A stretch of 64,000 nt of DNA. It comes from Camelus ferus. Lineage: Eukaryota. Position numbers and translations under genes: made by a program. The notes beneath the pieces are model-generated. The model saw only the letters and a program-made list of their open reading frames with translations, had not been told where the DNA came from and ran no database searches. This document shows positions 1 through 10,040 of the stretch, in pieces. Location of the stretch: positions 8,434,001 through 8,498,000 of the forward strand of contig NC_045698.1 in the NCBI RefSeq assembly GCF_009834535.1, read 5' to 3'. How positions within the stretch are numbered: position 1 is the first letter of the stretch; each line of letters opens with the position of its first letter.

Positions 1-223
1 TTGCCTAGAAAGATCTTTGCACCCTTCAGAGAGGAAGTTTTAAAAAAGAGTTTTCGTAGATGAGATGATCTCAATAGTCAGAAATGACAAAATAAAAAAA
101 GTTTCCCCACGTTAAGTTGGAGGAATACATTTGGGTAAAAAATAAAAGTGCAACTGTTACGTGATCATAAAATGGAACTAATTGTGCCTCATCACGAATT
201 GTTCTCTTTCTGCATCTGAGCAG

Positions 224-272
224 GAGACACAGAGCCGGTTGCCTGGCCCGTTTCGGCACTGTACGACAAAAG
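224..272 (+). CDS. Putative internal (penultimate) exon, 49 nt, gene unidentified; one frame reads RHRAGCLARFGTVRQK
   Basis: Pyrimidine tract and acceptor ttgttctctttctgcatctgagcag|G, with tandem AG alternatives. Consensus donor AAAAG|gtaagt. GC/CpG-rich relative to the AT-rich flanks. Open in all three frames, so the frame is unresolved. Confidence 0.5.
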
Positions 273-663
273 GTAAGTACTGGAGAGTCCTAACCACTCC
301 TGTGTGATGTGAAGCGAAGGAATGATTCTGTGTTTCAAATGGAGAGAATCTAACTTCTATGAAACTGAAAACGTCCACGCAGTTGGGATACAAATCAGGC
401 AAATCTCTTCTAATGTTTTAAGTAATGTTTACAGGTTACAAAGTCAGGAAGTCCAAGACCTCCACTTTGGATACACATCACTCCTAAGTTTTCCAGAAAG
501 TCTGGAACTAATGCCATGCTTAGGGGAGATCAATCTGATTTTCCCACCCAAGCAGTGAATAGCAGGAGGGCAGTAACTGCTTGCTGCGGATTTCACTGCC
601 TGTAGTCCTCTCGTTATATTTACCTTTCCATCTGTTTAGAGATACAGCTCTCACTGAGCAGGA

Positions 664-672
664 GATACAGAT

Positions 673-723
<51 letters not shown>

Positions 724-765
724 TAGATATAGATATATATAGAGAGAGAGATGGATACAGATACA
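664..765. repeat. Compound (TAGA)n/(TA)n/(GA)n microsatellite
   Basis: About 12 perfect TAGA units at 674-721 with degenerate flanks. Confidence 0.97.
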
Positions 766-991
766 AATGCCACTGTACAAATGCATGTTTGTGGTTTTGC
801 AATTCTTTTTTAAGCTGCTTCAAACATTGAGCAAAGACATTTCAAATTGCAGTAAATAATTATGCAGATGCTTTGGTCTGTATGAGTTAAAATTAACTTG
901 GGATGCTGTTGCTTTATTTGTGAATTCAGTCTAATCTTTTTTTTTCTCATATTTGAAAATCCTATTCTGAAGGCTGTGTTTTATCGTTCAG

Positions 992-1039
992 GAAGTTTTG
1001 CGATGGCCTCCAGCCAAAAGCATTAAGGATTCGAGTTGA
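992..1039 (+). CDS. Putative terminal exon coding part (EVLRWPPAKSIKDSS* if spliced in phase 0 to 224-272)
   Basis: Acceptor ctgtgttttatcgttcag|GAAG lies 719 nt after the donor at 273. Stop is TGA 1037-1039 in this frame; the alternative frames stop at 1026 or 1100. Downstream AATAAA at 2625, 3887 and 4220. Confidence 0.35.
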   Translation, partial: EVLRWPPAKSIKDSS

Positions 1040-1091
1040 TGTTAGTTATTCAGGACCAGACGCAACTGATTTTTACATTAACAGTGATGTG

Positions 1092-1145
1092 ACATTTTAG
1101 GCAGGATTTGATTCGTAACATTTTAGGCAGGACTTGATTCATAAC
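1092..1145. repeat. 26-bp tandem duplication
   Basis: acattttaggcaggatttgattcgta / acattttaggcaggacttgattcata, 2 mismatches. Confidence 0.9.
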
Positions 1146-4100
1146 TTCAGATAGGAGAGAGAATGGGATACAAAATTGAAGAAAAAATATATACATTGAT
1201 GTTAGTTGGAGGCTCAGTCATTGATCAACAAGTCCTAAATCAGAACCGCAGAAAGAGGAAAGGGACTCGGGTTTTGGCCCTGGAGCAGGTTTTTGATTTG
1301 AGCATCTCCCCCAGACCATATTTATGACTGAATGCATTCAAGATCTAGGGAAGTCAATTCCGCTTAAACCATATTGACCAGACCTGGGCACATTCATCTC
1401 CTTATAAAAAGGAAGCCATATATACACACAGAGGTCTGGGAAATAGATCTCAGTATCTAATTATCAGAAAAACTCATCCATAAATTCAAATCAGTAAATG
1501 TGATGATGTTTTGGATCCCAAACAAGTATATAGTGGGGTTAGTGTAGGTACTGACCGTTTGAGTGGCTTTTGAATGCCAAATACAAGGCACACTCGCAGA
1601 TCTTAAAGTAAAATAATATCTAGAGTTTTTTTTTCTTCATGAAATTATCCCCTGGCTTTCAAAATGAGAGTTTTAAGGAGTCTATTTGATACAACATGTG
1701 CCAAGTTTCATTCAACAATTTATAACCTACTTAGGGAAAGCAGAATTATTGAGTTGATTCAAATATTCACAGTAAGATGGCAGAAGGAACTACTTGGAAA
1801 GGCGCAAAACTAAAGAAAGTATAGCAGTTGCCAAAAAAAGAAAAAAAAAAAAAAACCCCAGTCACAACAGAAGAACACCTGATATGCCATACATATACTT
1901 AAAATGGGAAATGAACCAATCAGTGTAGAAACTTGTCTTCTATACCACCTACCCCAACTCCTGTTTTAATTCTGTAATCTCATTTTTGAAACACCCACTG
2001 GCACGGCCAACAGAGATTTATCTAAAGAGAATGCGTGCTCCTCCAGGCAAGTACAGACATTCTGAATCCAAGTGGGGATGGATGGTGGCCTCTGGTCAGG
2101 AACTGCACTGGAGTGGGAGAGAGGGGACCACGAGGGGTCGGAGAGGACCTGGAGAAGCTGGACAGGACCAGTTCTTGCCCCTCTCAGAACCCCACCTTCC
2201 CTCACTACCTCTGTGTAACCCTACCCTCACCTCTCTTTATCTCTTTTTAATTCTTCCTTTCTCTCCTGCATTTGACTTTGTCAGTCCTTCAAATCGTGAT
2301 GTAGGAACAGTCAAAAATTTTCCCTTGAATGAAATACCCGTATATTCACTAAATATGACTTTTGTAAAAGAATGGAAGTCCTGCCTCTACATAACATTTT
2401 GCAATCGCTTACATATAATTTCCCTTTTTTCCGCTACTGCCTTTCAGGGGTAAAGACAGCTCTAGACAGCGGCTTGCTTTCTAAAGAGGGAGGCCCTATT
2501 CGATGTGGTAAGAAAGTCTGCATCAGAGCTTCACAGTCACGATGGCTGTGCTCCTCTCAACGGGGTGGCAATTATGGAGAAAAGAGGTGGGAAATTCTTG
2601 GAGAGCCATAAAACGTGGCGGTGAAATAAAAGTTTCACACATCTGCAGTCCTGTCAACCCGGTGTTGGAGCTCAATTTATGGGGAGAAAAGTTAGGGAGG
2701 GGCGTCTGGTGAAATTCAGTGATTAAATACAGTAGGGAGAAGCTCGTGAACTGGAAGCGAATGAGTATTTATGAGTGATGCAAATCTCCAAAGTTTTAGA
2801 GTAGCAATTAGAATACTAAACTTAGTCCAAATGGTCTTTGGATGTTCACAGCAGTTAAAGAAAACAAGATGCACATCTTCCAAATTTCTCACAGCTATTT
2901 TTTTCAATACCTGAAGAAGTCTCTTAACCCCAAATCTGTGCCATATTTTATCATTCCTTCACAGAGATTTTTTATCTCCAGGGAAGAAAGTCATTGAGCC
3001 ATTCCTAATTGGTGCAGATAAACTGCATTCTATGTTTATTAAGATTTCCTGCTATTCTTTTTGACTTCTAATTCTTAATCTCAGGACATTTCTTATGGAA
3101 GGCACTACTCCAATTAATACTGAATCTGTTCCCTCTTTGGGTAAATTAGTGTATTATCAGTAAATGACATTATTTATCAAACAATTCATTTTTTCAAAAT
3201 TATCTCACCCTCTCTAAAAGAAAATCTAAAACTTCGTTCTCAGTTGGTTGCTTCGATTGTAAACCAATCATTTTCTACTGACTTGCTTAATCGATTCTCT
3301 GCTGACTTTTTGGTTCTAAGTGGTTTTCCAGTAAAGTGACACCAAAAAGACTATTATAGTGATCAACCTTCTATAGAATCAGAGGTTAATATGGAGACAA
3401 ATTAAGAAAAGGAAAGGAACTTGTTTCCAGAAGAAATATTTAAAACTCTGGTGTATAATCATGTATTTAAGAAACGTGGGCAACTGAAAAATGTTCATAC
3501 GGTCTTAGGCAAACCCTACATTAATTTTTTTTTCCCCTCCAATCACTGCTGTTCAAAATGTAAACGTGGATATTATGAGTAAATTCTATTTTCATCATAG
3601 GTAGGTATCATTTCCTCACAAAATACCTAGATTTTGTCAGTGCTTGTCCGAGACATTGCTAACAAGAAGTCCAGATTTGTGGCAAAGGTCAGGTTAATCC
3701 GATCCAGGAGGTGTCAAGCAGAACACGGCAGGGGTCCTATTTATGTTGGAAATGTTTCTTTTCCCTCATTTTCTACCCTCGCAAAATGTTACTCTGGTCC
3801 AACATTCCACAAATCGCTAAGAGAGAGAAAAGATTCCTTCATCAGAGCAGGAAAACTATCCGCTCCATCATAAATTACTGATGAGTAATAAAATACTGGA
3901 CCAGAACTTGGACAACAAGCAAGGAAACGTTACAGCAGGTCATGTCAGAATTCCTCTCACTGCTAGGAAGACAGTCTGCAGAGGTATTTCAGAAAACTAA
4001 CGTATCAGATCAATCCTCTGTGTGCCAACCTGCAGTCAGCTCCTAACTCTGGTAGAAACGTGCTTTCATGTACGATTCAAATAGCTGCAGCTTAATGAAA

Positions 4101-4599
4101 AACCCAAAGTCTAACAGGGGAGACAAGGCTTTCAGAGCAGTGACTTCAGAATTCTGGGGCTGTATTTTACATTAAGTGACTTGGCTAGAGCTATGGACCG
4201 CTACTGAGTCACGAGTCAAAATAAAACCCCAGCCAGCACTCCATCATCTGGACAGCTCAGGAGGCCACAATGCACATGGCAGAGTCTACCAAATGTTTCA
4301 AATGAAGTAAGAAGGATTAGTTAATGCTATACCAACCATCAGCCTCAGTTAGGAAGTTCAGTATCACTAAGGCACAGCCCTCTAGCCCTGCTGAACACTG
4401 ATATGAGCCGTGGATTAAGTCTGACGTGAGGTTCTGCAGGCTTTGGTCCAGCAAAAAATTAATCTGCTAAAATAATGTAAGCCATGCAGGCCACAAGAAG
4501 ACTTAAGGCTGGTCTTCCTTCAGTAAAAAGTTACCAACACAATCCTAATGTACCAGGTTAAGACTGTGGTAAGTTAGAGCTTATATTTAAAAAATAAAA

Positions 4600-5330
4600 A
4601 AGAGTTTCTGGCACAGCTGGTTCCAGCAATCAAGCAGAGACGACTCCGCGATCCTTATCGCCCTTGGTCCCTCACTGCCGTTTCTCTTCTATACTTGCCC
4701 TTGCCTGCTCACGCTGACAGATGCACACGTTCCACATGGTGTCAAGATGGACACCAGTGGTTCTGGGCTTACATCACTCTGAGAGTTGGTGATAGCAGAG
4801 ACCAAGAGGGATGCTGTGACAAAACACTACAGAATGGGTGGCTTCTAAGGAAAAGAAATTTACTCCTCATAGTTCTGGAGGCTGGGAAATCTAAGACCAA
4901 GGTTTGGCAGATGCAGGGTCTGGGGAGACCTGTTTCCTGGGCCAGAGATGGCCGTCTTCTCACTGGTCCCCACACGGCAGAAGGAACGAGGAAGGTCGCT
5001 GGGGTCTTTATATATAAGGGCACTGATCCCATTCATGGGAGCTCCACCCTCATGGGCTAACTAGTTTCCAAAGGTCCCATCTCCAAATGCTATCTCACAG
5101 AGGATTAGGTTTCAACATAACAAGTTTGAGGGGGATACATTTAGTTTCTCAGCGTCCTAATACCCATATTCCATGGAGGGACACTGGCCCTTCGTGGGAC
5201 GATGTCCACCCAGAAGCTAATCACTGTGATTCACAGCAGCTGAATTCCTCGACTGGCCAGTCATGAGTCACACCCCTTTCATGACAACTGGAATCAACCC
5301 GTCTAACAGAACCACATGGAATGAGTCTAG
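4600..5330 (-). mobile_element. Old MaLR LTR (MLT1K/L-like), split by MLT1A0
   Basis: Degenerate motifs caagatgg...gggcttacatc and gactggccagtcatgagtcacac...aaccacatggaatgag on either side of the MLT1A0. Confidence 0.45.
4808..5154 (-). mobile_element. MLT1A0-like MaLR solo LTR
   Basis: Matches the recalled MLT1A0 reverse complement: catagttctggaggctgggaaatctaagaccaagg, taagggcactgatcccattcatgggagctccaccctcatg, ttaggtttcaacata. Confidence 0.85.
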
Positions 5331-5340
5331 TACAGAGGTT

Positions 5341-5440
5341 TTCTTTTTTTTTTTTTTTTTTTTTCAGTCCATATGGATACTATTTATTGAGTATCTAGTA
5401 TGGGCCAAGCCTTGTGCTATGTAAGCTCTATAAAGCCAGA
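5341..5440 (-). mobile_element. Poly-T tract plus L2 3'-end fragment
   Basis: tatttattgagtatctagtatgggccaagccttgtgcta resembles the L2 terminal motif. Confidence 0.55.
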
Positions 5441-6229
5441 AACATGGGGATTAAAACCAACGCTGCCTTCCATTTCTATCATAAAACACTGTCATAAATT
5501 GAAGTCTCATTTTTATACCATCTTTACGTCCATTAGGCTGGATCATATTATTAGCACGTATCTCTACAAACGAAGTCCAAAACACAGTCTGCAAGAAAGT
5601 CAGGGAATTTTCATCCAGGCTGGGTCTCATTTTCTCAGATGCCAGTTACGTTAACCACAGCCCAGAGCTTCAGGGCTAGACTTTGAAACAATTGCTTCAC
5701 TGGCTGCGCTCCAGTGGGCTCATTCAGTGGTCCCTTTTTTCCACCACTCTCATCAGCTTCCTTATTTTCTGGACCTAGATATGCTCAAGACTCTTGCATA
5801 CCACCTCCTTAAACAGGTCAACAAACAGGCAAACCAGCGTCATGAAATACACCTTTCTAAGCTGTTGTCATATGTCTTTCAATCTTGCCTTCACTGTCAA
5901 ACATTTTGAACCAAGAGTGAATCTTCACTGTTCCCAAGATCTTGCCTCTTTAACCTGATGCATTGTCCCTACCTGTTCACTGAAATTTCCCGGCTACTGG
6001 AACCAGTAACCTCCTTAGCATTTTACCTTGCACCGTTCCCGTGGCATCCGGTGTTGCTGAACAGCTTTTTGAAACTCTCCTTTCCCGTCTCATTGGATGA
6101 AGCGGTGTTTTTGTGTTATTCTGAATTGACTTTTCTTTCCATACTTGCTTGACTTGTTCCTCTTCCTCCATCCACGCCCTTCCTAAATCTCACCACGCCC
6201 TGAGCAGACCATACTGGTATACCTTCCAG

Positions 6230-6735
6230 ACGCCCCTTCCTCCCCAGGACCAGGATTTGGTCAGGAGTCTACTTTTCATCCACGCGGTCCGTGTGCGTTG
6301 AAGGGAGCAGTCAGAAAGGCGAAGGAGGGAGATCACCAAGGGTCTACCAAGCAAATCATGGCCTTTCTGGTTACTCTTGACAGTGCCTGGTGCAGGGACG
6401 CACCAGTTTGAAACCAGAGAGCAGACAACGTGAGGGGTGGGGGACGCTTCTGTGATACGACATCTTGTTGCTAAGGAAGAGACTTTTGAAGAGCTAGCCT
6501 CTTCTCTGTCTGGAAATTATCATTTCTAAGATGCCCTGCAGCCTGCTTCCCACCTGCTCGAATTCTGAGTGCTCGAGCAGAGGAGAGCAGGGCTATAGGA
6601 ACAGCAGACAGGCGAGACGTAGGATCCAACCTGCCTCACCTGTCGTGCTTGGGAAATAACATTTTATCGTGGGGTTTAAGCCAGTTTGAAGTGAGATTCT
6701 TCTGTTTCTTGGAGCCTAACGCATCCTATAACTTG
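6230..6735 (+). mobile_element. ERVL LTR (LTR33/MLT1-like)
   Basis: 3' end aataacattttatcgtggggtttaagccagtttgaagtgagattcttctgtttcttggagcctaacgcatcct resembles the LTR33 terminus; 5' boundary approximate. Confidence 0.5.
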
Positions 6736-6759
6736 CCCTAAACCCATAGGGCTGCTATT

Positions 6760-7760
6760 TTTGCTCCTTTTCACAGCCCTGCCCTCTTGGCAATGTCACC
6801 CTGGCTCCAGGGTTTCACCTATTAAATGGATGCAGGTCTCCGGGCTGTGGCTCTCTGAACAGGAGTTGCCCTTTCATACTTACACGTGGACCTCTGCACC
6901 CACACGTCCCACCATAAGCCCCAAATTCATTCAGTACTCACCAGTGTAACCCCAAACGAGCTCCTTTCTCGGACACCCTCATTTCTCATATGGAAATCCC
7001 CATTTTTGTAGTTGTTGTTCTCCTGACCTTCCATTGCATTGCTGTGGTTCCCGCTTTCAGAATGTCTCTCAAGATGTTCCTTTGGTGTTTATTCCCTCTG
7101 CTGCCACCCTTAGTCGTGGCCTAGTTATCTCTAACCTAGCTGGTAAGATACCTACTTTGTTTTTCTGCCCTTAGCCTCTTTCTAACCAAGCACATGTTAC
7201 ACAGTGCACCAAAGCTTCCTTTCTAAAGCAGAACTCTACCATCTCATGCCCTGGTCAAAAACTTCAGTCACTTCTCAGGGGCTGCTGAACAATGAGACTA
7301 ACGGGACAGCTTCAGTCAAGATCCTTTGTCATCTGTCCCAGCCCACCTTACCAAATGCACATCACTGAGTGAACTTCAGTTAATTTCAATGCTTTCAACA
7401 CTCCAGGTGAATTGACCTTTTCCCAAATGCACTTCATATGTTCCATCCTTCCCTCCTGCAAGCTGTTTCTGTTGCCTGAACTTTCCTCACATTGTCCCTG
7501 TTCATCCGAACACCATGTGGCCTTTGAACCCTCTCAAACTGCAAACGCTCTAATAAGCCTTTCTCGATCTTTCTAGCAGGATGCTGCCAATCCTTCCTTT
7601 GCCCCAGAACAGCATACTCTTTGTAGCTCAATTATGTCCATTTATCTTGTCCTATAATTATGTGTATTTTTAAACTTAGATGATGAAGTCTTTGATGCCA
7701 AAAACTATCTTCTCTCTGTAAGATTCTGTCACCACTAGAATTTGGCCTTGATGCGCTAGT
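6760..7760 (+). mobile_element. L2 LINE fragments
   Basis: Pyrimidine-rich L2 motifs: ctgccacccttagtc, ctttctaaagcagaactctaccatctcatgccctggtcaaaaacttcagt. Confidence 0.6.
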
Positions 7761-7761
7761 T

Positions 7762-8128
7762 GTTGCTGCTGCTCTAATAAATCAGCAGTGACTCAGGGGC
7801 TTAATGTACTACTAGCTCTGGAGATCTTAATTCCAAAATCAGCTTCACTCAGCTAATGTCAGGGGAGACTTTATTTCACTGCTTTTTCTTGTTTCTAAAG
7901 GCTGCCTGCACTCCTTGGCTCATGGCCCCTTCCTCTGTCTTTACAGACAGCAGTCTAACCTCCTTCTTCCATCATCCTACTGCCTTCTTCTGCAGTCAGG
8001 TCTCCCTCTGCCTCCTTCTTTAAGGACACTTGGTGATAATGCAGATAATCCAGGACAATCTCTCAAGATCCTTAACTGAATCGCGTCTGTAAAGTCTTTT
8101 TTGCCATATAAGGTAATATTCATGGCTG
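7762..8128 (-). mobile_element. MLT1C/D-like MaLR LTR
   Basis: ggctgcctgcactccttggctcatggccccttcctc; gataatccaggacaatctctcaagatccttaact; ttgccatataaggtaatattca. Confidence 0.8.
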
Positions 8129-8137
8129 TGTAAGGGT

Positions 8138-8266
8138 AGGGGTGCTACTGACATCTCATAGGTAGAGACCAGGGATGATGCTAAACGTCCTACAGTGCAC
8201 AGGACGGCCCCACAGCAAACAGCTGTCTGGCTTGAATGTCAGTACTGCTGAGGTTGAGAAACCCTG
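8138..8266 (+). mobile_element. MER20 (hAT-Charlie), 3' half
   Basis: gggtgctactgacatct...gtagagaccagggatgatgctaaacgtcctacagtgcacaggac...gctgaggttgagaaaccctg. Confidence 0.9.
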
Positions 8267-8279
8267 CCTTCCTTAAAAC

Positions 8280-8990
8280 AATGAGAAGACCTAGAAAGGC
8301 TTTAGGCAGAGAAGTGCCATGTTAAAATATGCACGATACGTACTTAAAAAAAAAAAGAAAAGAAACAATGAAACTTCTACTAGGAAAATATATAGGAAAG
8401 CAAGAGTAGACGTAGGGAGGAAAAACGGGGAACCACTCCAGGAGGACAGGACAGAAAGGATGACACATACCTCTGGAGGTGAACAGCGTGAGCGAATTCA
8501 AGAAATGTCATGGAGCAAAACTCAGCGGGCTTGTTCCTAATCAGCCATGGGGAACACGGAAAGAGAAAGTTCCAAGAATGATTCCCACGGTTTTAGCTTT
8601 TGCAACTGGGCAGATATAGAATCTATTCATCAACAAGGGGGAGGGGGGTTGCAGAAAAAAGAAAAACACATTCAGTTTGGACGTTTGAGGTGCCTCTGAA
8701 GCCTTCAAGTGGACATTGAGAGGAAGCGGGGAAGGCTGGGCTGTTGTTAATCACAGACGTCAGTGACAGACACAAATGAGCTCGTCTAGGAAGACAAGGA
8801 GGAGATGCACAGAAAAGCTCCCGCTGAGCCTTGTGGTCCACATTTCAAAGGTTGGGGGAAGGATAAGTTGGCAAAAGAAATGGAAGGAGTAGCCAGACGG
8901 TAAAGAGGAAACCCAGAGAAGAGTATTTTGTACTCAACAACAACAAAAACAGCATTTAAAGAACAATGAACTGTTCAACAGGACAGCACA
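8280..8990 (-). mobile_element. L2 LINE fragment
   Basis: Purine-rich motifs ccaagaatgattcccacggttttagct and ttcagtttggacgtttgaggtgcctctga. Confidence 0.6.
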
Positions 8991-9169
8991 ATCTGGAGAT
9001 GAAGTACGTACGACAAGAACAGACCATGTCTACAGCTGACACTCAAGAAATATTCAAATTAATGAATCTGACTGCAAATTCAAGACCTTGCAACTTAATG
9101 AAAACTTTACTTTTTGTAAAAGCAAAAGCTTGCAACTGTGCCAACATAGTCTCGCCTTTTGAGATTATC

Positions 9170-10040
9170 TTTTTCTTTCTTTTCCCCTCTTCCAGCTTTG
9201 CTGAGATATAATTGACTTTCAAAAATGTGTAAGTTTAAGGTGTATAATGTGTTTATTTGATACTATGTACTGCAAAATAACTACCGCCCTAGTGTTAGCT
9301 GTCTACATCATCAGATAATTAAAGACGGTCCTTGACTTACGGTGGTCTGACTTAACGATTTTTTGACCTTACGATGGTGCGACAGTAAAAAGAATACTTC
9401 AGATTTTTAATTTTCATTTTTCCTAGGTTAGGGCAGTGGCAGTGAGTCTCAGCTCCCATTCAGCCACATGATCACCAGGGTCAAAACCCAACACACTTAC
9501 AGCCATTCTGTACCCAGACAGCCACTCTTGTTTTTCACTTTCAGTACAGTATATAATACATTACATGGAATATCCAATTCTTTATTACAAAATGGGCTTT
9601 GTGTTGGATAATTTTTGCCCCACTGTAGGTGAGTATAAGTGTTAGGAGCATGTTTATGGTGGGCTGGGCTGAGCTATGATGTTCAATGAGTTACGTGTAT
9701 TAAAAGCATTTTCAATTGAAGGTATTTTCAACTTACAATGGGTTTATTGGGGCATAACCCCACCATACATCAAGGAAGATCTATACCATTTATTTTTTAT
9801 AGTGAGAACATTTAAGGTCTACTCTCTTAATGTCTTTCTAGTACAGCATTATTAACTGTAATCACTATGCTTCTCCATGAGATCCCCAGGATTTATTCAT
9901 CTTCTAGTTGTAAGTTTGGACTCTTTGACCGACATCTCCCATTATTCCTTGGCCCCTCCCCCAGCCTCCAGTGGCCGCCATTCTAGTCTCTGTTTCTACA
10001 TAAGGGTCTTTCTTTAGATTCTTCATACAAGTGATATCAT
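9170..10040 (-). mobile_element. L1 3' UTR fragment (L1MA9-like) interrupted by Tigger5/MER47
   Basis: gctttgctgagatataattgac...aagtttaaggtgtataatgtg. Resumes after 9785 with gtgagaacatttaaggtctactctctta and cattattaactgtaatcactatgc. Confidence 0.8.
9322..9783 (-). mobile_element. Tigger5b/MER47-like TcMar-Tigger element
   Basis: Terminal agacggtccttgacttacg and caaggaagatcta. TA dinucleotides at 9320-21 and 9784-85. Internal ttcactttcagtacagta and gctatgatgttc. Confidence 0.85.

Noticed and set aside
520..823. ORFs with YLSI repeats
   Set aside because: Translation of the (TAGA)n microsatellite
224..1039. IGF1 exon 5/6 (49-nt exon followed by GAAGT...)
   Set aside because: Only exon length and junction resemble IGF1; the peptides do not match the IGF1 E-peptides
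1986..2453. 155-aa ORF
   Set aside because: TTG start, no recognisable domain and no convincing flanking splice sites
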